Source of the DNA: a bacterium
GTDB taxonomy: Bacteria > Actinomycetota > Acidimicrobiia > Spongiisociales > Spongiisociaceae
Reading direction: 5' to 3'
Assembly (NCBI GenBank): GCA_028821575.1
Contig: JAPPFW010000051.1
Location: 15,465-79,464 of the forward strand
DNA length: 64,000 nucleotides
Under the pieces are notes generated by a model. The model did no database searches, was not told the origin of the DNA, and saw nothing but the letters and a program-made list of their open reading frames with translations. Numbering within the stretch: position 1 is the first letter of the stretch; each line of letters begins with the position of its first letter. Both the position numbers and the translations under genes were made by a program. Below, piece by piece: positions 37,626 through 46,379 of the stretch.

Positions 37626-38654
37626 TCAGGCGTCGATGCTTCCGGCGGCGGGGATGAAGAACCCCTCTCCCAGGGGGTCGTGCTTGTCGAGCACCAACTG
37701 GTTCAGGCCGGTCAGGTAGGCCGAGCCGGTGATGGTGGGAATGATGGCCCTTCGCCCCGAGACCTCGGTCTCGGCTTCGACCGTGCCGGTGAACATGGTG
37801 TTGAGCACGCTCTCGTGGACGAAGGTGTCGCCCACCGCAAGTTCCCCCCTCGCGTGGTGCCAGGCCATGCGGGCGCAGCTCCCGGTCCCGCACGGCGAGC
37901 GGTCGAAGCCCAGGCCGGTGGACGTGGCCAGATTCTGCCCGTCGGCGCCCGCGCTCCTGGGCGGCCCGACGTACAGCAGCTGCTCCACCTTCTCCGGTGT
38001 GCCCGGTGGCAGACCGGTTCGCTCCCGGAGGGCACTGTTCACCGCCAGCCGGATGCGATGGCTGAGGGCAACGAGGTTCGGCACCGACTCCACCGCGATC
38101 GGCAGACCGATCTGCTCGATCCGGACCAGGGCGAACCAGAGGCCGCCGAAGGCGATGTCCACCTCGATCGGGCGCCCGTCGACCTCCACCTCGAGCCCGG
38201 TCAACCCCACCCAGGAGGGCACTCCCTGGAAGGTGACCGACTTGACCTTGGTTCCCTCGATCCGAGCTTCGGCCACCACCAGGCCGCTCAGGGTCTCCAC
38301 CGCCACCCTGGTCACGGGTTCCACCGGCTCGATCCTGAACATCTCCACCAAGCTGGTGACGGTCCCGATCAGGGCGTGGCCGCACATGGTGAGCGAGCCG
38401 AGCGCGGAGAGGATCAGCATGGAGAGGTCCGCCTCCGGATGGAACGGAGGGAGGGGCAGGACGGCGTGCCACGGGGCATGCCCGCGCGGCTCCCCGACCA
38501 GCATCTTCGCCAGATCCGAATGGTTGGCCAGGAGATCCGCTTCCATCTCCCGCAGGGTCTCCCCCTCCAGTTCCGGGAAGCCGTCGGTCACCACCCGGGT
38601 GGGTTCTCCCGCCGTGTGGGAGTCGATCACGTGGAAACGTCGAATGAAGGCCAT
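37626..38654 (-). CDS. proline racemase family enzyme (Cys/Cys type, probably 4-hydroxyproline 2-epimerase)
   Basis: IDSHTAGEPTRVV N-terminus. Both catalytic positions are Cys (LTMCGHA and DRSPCGTG). Confidence 0.9.
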   Translation of the reverse strand: MAFIRRFHVIDSHTAGEPTRVVTDGFPELEGETLREMEADLLANHSDLAKMLVGEPRGHAPWHAVLPLPPFHPEADLSMLILSALGSLTMCGHALIGTVTSLVEMFRIEPVEPVTRVAVETLSGLVVAEARIEGTKVKSVTFQGVPSWVGLTGLEVEVDGRPIEVDIAFGGLWFALVRIEQIGLPIAVESVPNLVALSHRIRLAVNSALRERTGLPPGTPEKVEQLLYVGPPRSAGADGQNLATSTGLGFDRSPCGTGSCARMAWHHARGELAVGDTFVHESVLNTMFTGTVEAETEVSGRRAIIPTITGSAYLTGLNQLVLDKHDPLGEGFFIPAAGSIDA

Positions 38655-38740
38655 CGATGGGGGCTCCCGGTTAGGGCAGGTGCTGAGACCCGCTAGATTC
38701 TAGGCTGTTTTGCATCCACCCCCCGCAGAGGTAAGGAACA

Positions 38741-40297
38741 ATGGGAAAGATCACCTATGCCACCATGTCGGCCGACGATCCGGCTCTCCATCGGGCCTAC
38801 GAGGAGGGCCTGGCCGCCGCCACCTCCGCGATCGGGCAGACACATCCGCTGCTGATCAACGGCGAGAAGCGGTACACAGGCGAGACATTCACCGAGCGGT
38901 CCCCGATCGATTCGGACCTGGTGGTGGGGATCTACTCGCAGGCCTCCGATGACGACGTGGACGAGGCCGTAGCCGCCGCCGCCGCCTTCCAGCCGGAGTG
39001 GGAGGCGACTCCATGGCAGGAGAGACTGGCCATCATCCGGCGGGCGGCGGAGATCGTGGATGAGGAGACTCCCACCCTCGCCGGGTTCCTGACTCTGGAG
39101 GTCGGTAAGAACCGGCTCGAGGCGCTGGGCGATGTCTCCGAAGCGGTGGCCTTCATCGACTACTACTGCGACCGGCTCGAGGAGTCCGACGGGATGTCGA
39201 CCGCCATGGGACAGTACGGGGTGGGGGACACCAACCACTCCGTGCTGAGGCCCTGGGGAGTGTGGGCGGTCATCTCACCCTTCAACTTCCCGCTCGCCCT
39301 GGTCGCCAGCCCCACGTCCGCGGCTCTGCTGACCGGCAACACCGTGGTGCTGAAGCCGTCGAACACCGGCGCGCTGGGCTCGCTGCTTCTTGCCGACATC
39401 TACTCGCGGGCCGGGCTGCCCGCAGGCGCCCTGCAGGTGGTGACCGGGGGTGACGAAGCGGGTGACCGCCTCGCTCATCATGACCACGTGGACGGGGTCA
39501 CCTTCACCGGCTCCTACGACGTCGGGATGTACCTCTACCGGACGGTGGCCACCGGTCGCCCCAAGCCCGTAGTTTGCGAGATGGGCGGCAAGAACCCCGC
39601 GGTGGTGGCGGCCTCAGCCGACCTGGATCTGGCCGCCGAAGGGGTGATGCGGGCTGCCTTCGGGCTCTCCGGACAGAAGTGCTCGGCCAACTCCCGGGTG
39701 TATGTGGAGCGGCCCGCCTTCCGGGAGTTCCTGGACCTGCTCACCGAGAAGACCGATGAGATCCTCCTGGGGGACCCGCGCGATCGCGAGACCTTCCTGG
39801 GACCGGTGATCGACGGCGAGGCGGTGGACCGTTTCCGTTCCGCGGTGGAGGCCGTGAGAGAAGCTGGAGGCGAGGTGCTCTCCGGTGGCGAGGTGGTTAC
39901 GGATGGTGACCTGGCCAGGGGTAACTTCGTGCAACCCACGGTGGTGACCGCGCCGGAGGACACCTGGATCTGGGAGAAGGAGCTGTTCGTACCGTTCGTG
40001 GCGGTGACCTCGGTGGACTCTCTCGAGGAGGGGATCGACAAGGCCAACGACACGATCTTCGGGCTCACCGCCGGGGTCTTCGCCGGCACCGACGAGGAAG
40101 TCGATCTGTTCTTCCAGCGGATCCAGGCCGGGGTGGTATATGCCAACCGCCGGGCGGGGTCGACCACCGGGGCGTGGCCGGACATCCAGCCCTTCGGAGG
40201 TTGGAAGGGTTCGGGCACCTCGGGCGCCGGCAGCGGCGGTCCCTGGTACATGCGCTCCTACGTACGCGAGCAGGCCCGCACCCTGATCAGAGAGTAG
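38741..40297 (+). CDS. NAD(P)+ aldehyde dehydrogenase (P5C / 2-oxoglutarate-semialdehyde dehydrogenase-like)
   Basis: 518 aa with VCEMGGKNP (Glu) and GQKCSA (Cys) catalytic motifs. AAGGAA RBS. Confidence 0.9.
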   Translation: MGKITYATMSADDPALHRAYEEGLAAATSAIGQTHPLLINGEKRYTGETFTERSPIDSDLVVGIYSQASDDDVDEAVAAAAAFQPEWEATPWQERLAIIRRAAEIVDEETPTLAGFLTLEVGKNRLEALGDVSEAVAFIDYYCDRLEESDGMSTAMGQYGVGDTNHSVLRPWGVWAVISPFNFPLALVASPTSAALLTGNTVVLKPSNTGALGSLLLADIYSRAGLPAGALQVVTGGDEAGDRLAHHDHVDGVTFTGSYDVGMYLYRTVATGRPKPVVCEMGGKNPAVVAASADLDLAAEGVMRAAFGLSGQKCSANSRVYVERPAFREFLDLLTEKTDEILLGDPRDRETFLGPVIDGEAVDRFRSAVEAVREAGGEVLSGGEVVTDGDLARGNFVQPTVVTAPEDTWIWEKELFVPFVAVTSVDSLEEGIDKANDTIFGLTAGVFAGTDEEVDLFFQRIQAGVVYANRRAGSTTGAWPDIQPFGGWKGSGTSGAGSGGPWYMRSYVREQARTLIRE

Positions 40298-40402
40298 TGG
40301 TTAGTGGTTAGTGGTTAGTTAGAATAGTTGACGCCCAGCGTGGATAGGCAGCGCCACAAGCCACAAGCCACAAGCCACTAATCACAAGCCACAAACCACT
40401 AC
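40297..40402. repeat. bipartite heptamer-array hairpin filling a convergent intergenic spacer
   Basis: (GTGGTTA)x3 at 40297-40317, and (CCACAAG)x3 CCACTAA TCACAAG CCACAAA CCACTAC at 40354-40402. The arms are imperfectly complementary, and both flanking stop codons lie inside array units. Confidence 0.85.
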
Positions 40403-41586
40403 AAATGATCCAGGCTCCGGTCGACGAAGGTGCGGTCGGTTGAGAACGGCGAGTCCTGTATCCGGGAGGTGATCAGGTCCGCGAGGATCCTTCCCCCGGC
40501 CGGGGAACACATGATGCCGTGCCCGGAGTATCCGGTGTTCACCCACAGGCCGGCGACGGGAGTCGGTCCGATCAGGGGACGGTGGTCGGGGGTCATCGTG
40601 TACTGCCCGGAGTGGACGATCCAGGAGAACTCCCCGGCTCTCCAGGCCTCGCCCCAGAAGGGACTGATCCGCGCTGCGGCCTCAGAACGGGAGGGATCCA
40701 GCACCCGGAAGGCCATGTCGTGGTCGGGAGGCACATCCTCCACGGGATCCCGGCCCGGTCCGCGGGGAGCGGCGTCGAGCACGTGGGCTCCCGAGAGGAC
40801 GGGTCGCCAGTGCACCCCGGTGTCGTCGTCGATGGTCATCGGAGCGTCGGGCGGTACCCGGGCCAGATCGGGAATCACCACCTTGTGGCGCGGCTTCACC
40901 TTCAGCGGGAGGTCCACCCCTGCGAGAGCGGCCAGCTTGGCGGTGAAGGGTCCGGCGGCGATCACCACCTGCTCCGCCCGTATGCTTCCCCGGTCGGTGC
41001 CCACGTCGAAACCACCCGAGGGGAGCTCCCGGAGGGACACCACCCGGCAGGAGGTGTGGAGCGGGGCTCGTGATGCCCGCAGCAGACCGAGTGTCAGGGC
41101 CCTGGGATCGACGAATCCGTCCCCGGCGCGGTAGCGGGCCTGGACCACGTCGGGGCTGAGGTACGGGAACATGCGGCGGGCCTCGTCGCCACCGAGGATC
41201 TCGATGTCGGTCTGCCCCCAGGAGTGCTGGAGAGCCACGAGCCGCCGCTGCTCCCCGGCCCGCTTCTCGGAGGTGGTCGCCCAGATGTATCCCGGCTGCC
41301 GGATCCCCAACGGGCGGGAGTCCTGGCCGGTGATCGAGGCGAAGTCGAGGATCAGCTCGACCGACTCCCGCACCAGTTCGGTCTCCTCAGGATTGTCGAA
41401 CTGGAGGCGGAAGGCGCCGGTGGCCACGGGAGTAGTGAGGGCGGCTGGGACGGGCAGGGCTTCCAGAACCACCGTTGACAGCCCGGCCCGAGCCGCCCAG
41501 AACGCAGTGGACGCGCCCACCACCCCGGCGCCGACGATCACCAACTCTGCACCGGCGGGGATGGTGCCTTCAACGTTGGACAGCAT
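40399..41586 (-). CDS. FAD-dependent oxidoreductase (DAO family; D-hydroxyproline / D-amino-acid dehydrogenase-like)
   Basis: Dinucleotide motif VIVGAGVVGAS near the N-terminus. Start taken at MLSNVEG (ATG 41586). Confidence 0.85.
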   Translation of the reverse strand: MLSNVEGTIPAGAELVIVGAGVVGASTAFWAARAGLSTVVLEALPVPAALTTPVATGAFRLQFDNPEETELVRESVELILDFASITGQDSRPLGIRQPGYIWATTSEKRAGEQRRLVALQHSWGQTDIEILGGDEARRMFPYLSPDVVQARYRAGDGFVDPRALTLGLLRASRAPLHTSCRVVSLRELPSGGFDVGTDRGSIRAEQVVIAAGPFTAKLAALAGVDLPLKVKPRHKVVIPDLARVPPDAPMTIDDDTGVHWRPVLSGAHVLDAAPRGPGRDPVEDVPPDHDMAFRVLDPSRSEAAARISPFWGEAWRAGEFSWIVHSGQYTMTPDHRPLIGPTPVAGLWVNTGYSGHGIMCSPAGGRILADLITSRIQDSPFSTDRTFVDRSLDHL

Positions 41587-41894
41587 CCGGACAAAGGTAG
41601 TTGCGCGTCCGGCAACCCACAATTGGGCTTGAACGACCGAGGAAGGAGGAACCCGGCCCGGCATCCCTATCGATGGCCATCAGGGTCGATTGCAGCGCGC
41701 GCCACCCGCTTGCCCGGGGTCTCGAGCACCCTTCCGGGAGATGGATGTGACATGATCTGGACATGGTTGGCAAAACCGATCCGGCGACGATCACGCGTGG
41801 CCGCGCCATACCCGACCACGGCGCGGGTCCCGGCCGATCTGGAGCCAGATGCATCCGGGCACCTGGTGGACGATGGTGATCGCTAGGTATTTCG

Positions 41895-43034
41895 ATGCGT
41901 ACTAGCCATGAAGCGGAGCCGATGTGCGAGATCGACGATCTCGACCTGGTGGACCACCATTGCCATGGTGTGAGCGCCGCCCCCCTGGGCTACGAGGCCT
42001 TCGCGTCGTTCCTGACCGAAGGCGGCCGGGACATGTTGGGAGCCATCGACCCGATGGCCACCCCGCTCGGTCTGGCCGTCCGATCCCTCTGCTCGCCGGT
42101 TCTCGGGATTGATCCGCATGCCCCCATCCAGGAGTACATGGAGCGCCGGTCGGCGCTGGGTGAACTCGAGGTGGCCCGGCGCATGGTGGCGGCCGCGGGA
42201 CTGAGCGACCTCCTCATCGACACCGGCTACCTCGCCGATCAGGTGCTGACTCCGGCAGGGATGGGCCGGTTGGGCCGGTACAGGACCCACGAGATCGTCC
42301 GGATCGAGGCGGTCGCCGAGGAGGTCTTCGCAACGGCCGGCGGCGGCGCGTTCGTCGACGAGTTTCCTCGAGCGCTCGCCGACCGGGCCCGCGGCGCGGT
42401 CGGGCTCAAGTCCATCGTCGCGTACCGGGCCGGCCTGGATCTCGACGCGGCCCGTCCGGTCGCCCGGACGGTCTCTATTTCGTTGGCTCGTTGGAGTCCG
42501 GGTAGCCGGATCGCGGATCCTGTGCTGCTCCGCCACTGCCTGTGGGTCGGCGTGGACGTGGCCGAGGGGTTGGGTATCCCGATCCAGCTCCATAGCGGCT
42601 TCGGCGATCGTGACCTGGATCTGTGGCGCGCCGACCCCACCCGTTTCACCCCATGGCTACGCCGTATCCCATCGTCGGTGAAGATCTGCTTCCTCCACTG
42701 CTGGCCGTACCACCGCCAGGCCGCGTTCCTGGCCGCGGTCTATCCCAACGTCTACCTCGACACGGGAGCGCTAAACACGCACGCCGCCCTCGGCTACGAG
42801 CGCATCCTGGCCGAGACGCTCGAGGTGGCGCCGTTCGAGAAGGTGCTGTATTCCAGCGACGCGCTAGGTGCTCCCGAGCTCTACTACGTCGGAGCGATGC
42901 GGTTCCGCAGCGCGCTCGCCTCGCTGCTCGGCGACTGGCGCCGGCGCGGCTTCTGCGCCCACGCGGACGCCGTCGGGATCGCCATGGCCATAGGGCAGGG
43001 GAACGCTCGAAAGGTGTACCGGCTGGGCGAGTGA
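41895..43034 (+). CDS. amidohydrolase-2-like metal-dependent hydrolase
   Basis: 379 aa with an N-terminal DLVDHHCHG metal motif and a TIM-barrel hydrolase pattern. Confidence 0.7.
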   Translation: MRTSHEAEPMCEIDDLDLVDHHCHGVSAAPLGYEAFASFLTEGGRDMLGAIDPMATPLGLAVRSLCSPVLGIDPHAPIQEYMERRSALGELEVARRMVAAAGLSDLLIDTGYLADQVLTPAGMGRLGRYRTHEIVRIEAVAEEVFATAGGGAFVDEFPRALADRARGAVGLKSIVAYRAGLDLDAARPVARTVSISLARWSPGSRIADPVLLRHCLWVGVDVAEGLGIPIQLHSGFGDRDLDLWRADPTRFTPWLRRIPSSVKICFLHCWPYHRQAAFLAAVYPNVYLDTGALNTHAALGYERILAETLEVAPFEKVLYSSDALGAPELYYVGAMRFRSALASLLGDWRRRGFCAHADAVGIAMAIGQGNARKVYRLGE

Positions 43035-43111
43035 GGTCCCGACGAGGGGGGTGCCGCCGACTCATCGCACTGCACCCCTGATCGCACCGACGATCCGGGG
43101 CCGCCGGACGC

Positions 43112-44782
43112 TCAGTTGGTCGTTCCGGAGACCAGGTCGAGGGCACGGACGAGGAAGGTGGCCATCTGGTCCCGCGTTACGGGTCGCTCCGGGCAGTAGA
43201 GCAGCGGCTCGGTGCTGCAGCCCATGGTGACACCGGCCGCGGCCATGGCATCGATGTTGGCCTCATGGAGTGTGCCAGCGGTGTCGTCGAAGCCGGCCGA
43301 TTCCGCAGGGGGCAGATCGAACGCCCGGACCAGGAAGGCGGCCATCTGCGCTCTCGTGACCGGCCGGTCCGGGCAGTACCGGAGCGGTTCGGTGCTGCAA
43401 CCCGCGGTCACCTCTAGATCCGCCAGGCGCTCCACGTAGCCCGCCCACCAAGCCTCGGAAGCCACATCCTCGAATCGGGTCTGAGCCGCGGGAGCAGGCG
43501 GAGCCTGGTCGAGGACCCGGGTCATCCACACCGCCATCACCCAGCGGAGGAGCGGCTCGGCGGGGCAGATGAGCCCATCGCCGCACTCGGTACCTTCCAG
43601 CACACCCGCCTCGGCGAGCCGGTTGATCGACGGTTCGTGGACGCCGCCGTTGTCGTCGTCGAAGTGGTCCGACTCCGGCGGCTCGGCGGGGTCCTGACCC
43701 TCATCCTCATTGCTGTTGCCGCCGTCGCCGTTGCCCTCGCCCGCGCCGTCACCGTCGTCCGTGGTGGGATCCTCCGGGTCGTCGGGAGGGGCCATGCCGT
43801 CGATGGCTGTGATGTTGGAGGACTTGAGGCCCAGGCCGGTCCGCAACCCGTCCCCGGCGATCGTGACCGACACGGGTGCGCCGTCGCGGACGCCGCGGAA
43901 CCGGACCTGGGTGGGCGAGGACACAGACGCTCTCACCTCCAGGACCGCTTCGGTGACCTCGTCCCAGCCCAGCCAACCGGCGACGGCCGCCGCGCTCACG
44001 CGTTTCTCCCAGGAGGCGTGCGGGTTGCCCACCGCCGGGTCGAGGTCCCAAGGATCGGCGACCGGCCTCAGGTAGGGCCACTCGCGGGCCGACGTCCTGC
44101 CGTCCCGCACGGTGCGGAACCCATACACGTTGCTGCGGGTGATCCCGCCGGAGGAAGCCGAGAAGAACGTCTGCACGATCCCCCCCTTCGTGAACTTCTC
44201 CCACTCGTCGCCGAAGTAGGTGAGCACCCGGTCCCTGGTCGTCTCCACCCCGTCGAGCCACGGCTGCCCGTTCGACCGGGTCTCCTTCGCCCACCCGATG
44301 TAGTTGATGTCCCGCCAACTGTCGTAGAGATGGCACCAGCAACGGTCCTTGCGGGAGGAGCTGATCCCCGGATCCTCGTCAGGATCGGCGGGACGCGTCC
44401 CGGTCTCCGACTGGAAGAAGTTGAAAGCGGCGTACGAGCGGGCGGTGACGGCCTGGGCCTCGTTCACCCCCGGAGCTGTCCAGTCGTCGGGAAGTTCGGC
44501 GACACCCCTCAGGTAGTCCTCGAGCCCGACCGCCAGTACCACGTGGAAACCCACCTCGACGGGGTCGTCCCGGATCTTCAACTCACCGTGCCGGTACTCG
44601 CACTCCTCGCTGGCCCGGGAAACGCACAGCTTGCCCCTGTCCTCGCCGTGACGGAGCCGGACCCCCTTGGCGTCGGGCCACGATATGGCCGCCCGGCAGC
44701 CACCCGCCGTCCCCTGCTGTTCGCCCCCGTGGAAGAACCCGCACTCACCGGGGGCCGAGACGGCGGAACTCCCAACGTTCAC
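43112..44782 (-). CDS. SpoIID/LytB-domain protein with three C-terminal SLH-like repeats (3' fragment of a frameshifted gene)
   Basis: FFSASSGGITRSN SpoIID block. Three F.D...(A)GV..GC....YCP.RPVTR.QMA.FLVRA repeats. It continues the reading of 44745-45290 after a frame change at a G5 run. Confidence 0.75.
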   Translation of the reverse strand: MNVGSSAVSAPGECGFFHGGEQQGTAGGCRAAISWPDAKGVRLRHGEDRGKLCVSRASEECEYRHGELKIRDDPVEVGFHVVLAVGLEDYLRGVAELPDDWTAPGVNEAQAVTARSYAAFNFFQSETGTRPADPDEDPGISSSRKDRCWCHLYDSWRDINYIGWAKETRSNGQPWLDGVETTRDRVLTYFGDEWEKFTKGGIVQTFFSASSGGITRSNVYGFRTVRDGRTSAREWPYLRPVADPWDLDPAVGNPHASWEKRVSAAAVAGWLGWDEVTEAVLEVRASVSSPTQVRFRGVRDGAPVSVTIAGDGLRTGLGLKSSNITAIDGMAPPDDPEDPTTDDGDGAGEGNGDGGNSNEDEGQDPAEPPESDHFDDDNGGVHEPSINRLAEAGVLEGTECGDGLICPAEPLLRWVMAVWMTRVLDQAPPAPAAQTRFEDVASEAWWAGYVERLADLEVTAGCSTEPLRYCPDRPVTRAQMAAFLVRAFDLPPAESAGFDDTAGTLHEANIDAMAAAGVTMGCSTEPLLYCPERPVTRDQMATFLVRALDLVSGTTN

Positions 44783-45290
44783 CCGACTGCGGATGCTCCG
44801 GCTTCGGGCAGGGACCGGCGCCGTCGCCTGCCAGGCAAAGGTCCAGCGGACCGCCCACCGCGGTGAACTCCAGCAGGGTGACCTGGGAACCCAGGTTCAC
44901 CCACAGCGGCTTGTCCAGCGTGTGCAGCAGGTCGTTGGGGAGGGGGAGATCCGCCAGGGAGGCCGGTTCCGAACCCGGGAAGTAGTGAGCCGCTATCTCC
45001 TCGCCCGGCTTGGCCGGGTCGGCCAGCGCCTGCCCTCGGGCTCCCCACTGGCCCATACCGACACCATGGCCCCATCCCGCGCCTTGGAAGTCGAACCCGG
45101 GCGTGTGGTGGGCGTCGGCGGCAACGGCGGGGAACAGCCCCACCAGAACCGCCACGAGCATCAACCTCCGGAACACCCGAGAAGTGTAGAGGCGGTCTGT
45201 TAAGAATCGGAGCACCTTCCGCCGGGGCGGCTCTGTGCCCGGAGGGCCCCTCCTCACCCTCGACAGCAGCGACATCAGGGAAGCCCTCAA
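44745..45290 (-). CDS. SpoIID/LytB-domain protein, N-terminal fragment (signal peptide plus GHGVGM motif)
   Basis: Signal-like RRLMLVAVLVGLFPAVAADA, then GWGHGVGMGQWGA. It ends 38 nt inside the next ORF. The start is uncertain (GTG 45176 is possible). Confidence 0.7.
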   Translation of the reverse strand: MRASLMSLLSRVRRGPPGTEPPRRKVLRFLTDRLYTSRVFRRLMLVAVLVGLFPAVAADAHHTPGFDFQGAGWGHGVGMGQWGARGQALADPAKPGEEIAAHYFPGSEPASLADLPLPNDLLHTLDKPLWVNLGSQVTLLEFTAVGGPLDLCLAGDGAGPCPKPEHPQSGERWEFRRLGPR

Positions 45291-45407
45291 GGAGGAGGTC
45301 GAGTCGGTCTCGCGGGCGGCGACATAGCGGTCTCCACACCCGGTCGAATGTCACGGCTAGGGTTACCCGGTCCTTCCGCCCGACGAGAGAACAGTCGAGG
45401 AACACCC

Positions 45408-45968
45408 ATGGCCGACACACCCTGCCCCGCGGCAGACGGATCCAGTCCCCTCCGCCGCAAGTTCCGGAGACCGCCCCCGATGTGCATCGACGCCTCCAAG
45501 TCCTACACCGCGGTGATGGACACCTCGATGGGGTCGATCACCATCGAACTCGACGCCGCCGCAGCTCCCCGCACCGTGAACAACTTCGTGGTTCTGTCCC
45601 GCTACCACTACTACGACAACGTGATCTTTCACCGCATCATCAAGGGTTTCGTCTGCCAGGGCGGCGATCCCACCGGTACGGGTCGGGGCGGGCCCGGCTA
45701 CCGCTTCGCCGACGAGTTACCGGGGCCGGGTGGCTACCAACTGGGCTCGCTGGCCATGGCCAACGCCGGGCCGAACACCAACGGCAGCCAGTTCTTCATC
45801 ATCAGCGGCTCCGACGGCACGCGGCTCCCGCCGCTCTACGCGCTGTTCGGCAAGGTGGTGGAGGGCTTGGACGTGGTGGACGCGATGGAGAAGGTCCCGA
45901 CCGACCGCAACGATCGCCCGCTGACCGACGTGACCATCAACTCGGTGACGATCACGGAGTCGGACTGA
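45408..45968 (+). CDS. cyclophilin-type peptidyl-prolyl cis-trans isomerase
   Basis: FHRIIKGFVCQGGDPTGTGRGGPGY and MANAGPNTNGSQFFI blocks. ATG at 45408 follows GAGGAA. Confidence 0.9.
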   Translation: MADTPCPAADGSSPLRRKFRRPPPMCIDASKSYTAVMDTSMGSITIELDAAAAPRTVNNFVVLSRYHYYDNVIFHRIIKGFVCQGGDPTGTGRGGPGYRFADELPGPGGYQLGSLAMANAGPNTNGSQFFIISGSDGTRLPPLYALFGKVVEGLDVVDAMEKVPTDRNDRPLTDVTINSVTITESD

Positions 45969-46022
45969 TCCGGACCCGGTGCTGGAGGCTCGCGTCACCA
46001 CGCACCGCCGTTGCCCACATAG

Positions 46023-46270
46023 GTGGTTAGTTCCAACGGGTTCGTGAAGTGGTCAGTTGTCAGTTGTCAGTGGGCAGTGATAGGTTGGGTCATGTTACCT
46101 GCCTCGGTGGTGATACTCCCGTTTCCGAGTCACGTCTCGGGCGGCTTTCATGATCGGAAGGATTCGGAGCCCCGTGCCGAGAACCCAGGAGTAGTGGTTG
46201 AGAGGTGTGTTGTGCTGTGTTGTTACCGAGGGCAAGGGAATCCTTACCAGCCGATCCCTTGGAAACCACT
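46023..46270 (+). repeat. copy 1 of a hairpin-closed structured intergenic element (candidate ncRNA or MITE-like)
   Basis: Homologous to 31648-31418 (-). It contains six in-phase heptamers (46049-46090), the hairpin CCGAG-TCACGT-CTCGG (46125-46140) and the 3' hairpin GGCAAGG-GAAT-CCTTACC (46231-46248). Its ends pair: GTGG/CCAC and TTCCAA/TTGGAA. Confidence 0.6.
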
Positions 46271-46379
46271 CGTATAGACCCGCTTCGGCATCGAGTCCGG
46301 CGTTGACCCCACGGCGATGTGAACGGGTGGCTTGGTACAGTGGCCGCGCCCACGATGGATCGAAGGAGCACTCCTGACC

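Noticed and set aside
31418-46270. The two inverted element copies as ends of a composite transposon or invertible segment
   Set aside because: The 14.4 kb between them encodes ordinary metabolic and housekeeping genes (PPIase, SpoIID, catabolic enzymes) and no transposase or recombinase. The element 5' ends face inward, which is consistent with independent 3'-UTR placement. Only comparative synteny could revive the inversion idea.
46023-46277. Small proteins MVSSNGF... (84 aa) and MVSSKGF... (31310-31648, 112 aa) as a conserved peptide gene
   Set aside because: The similarity follows DNA identity. A 1-nt indel puts the central parts in different frames. There is no RBS at a proper distance, third-position GC looks low for coding sequence in this GC-rich DNA, and the peptides are Cys/Trp/Val-rich oddities. 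This is kept only as an alternative hypothesis in the main finding.
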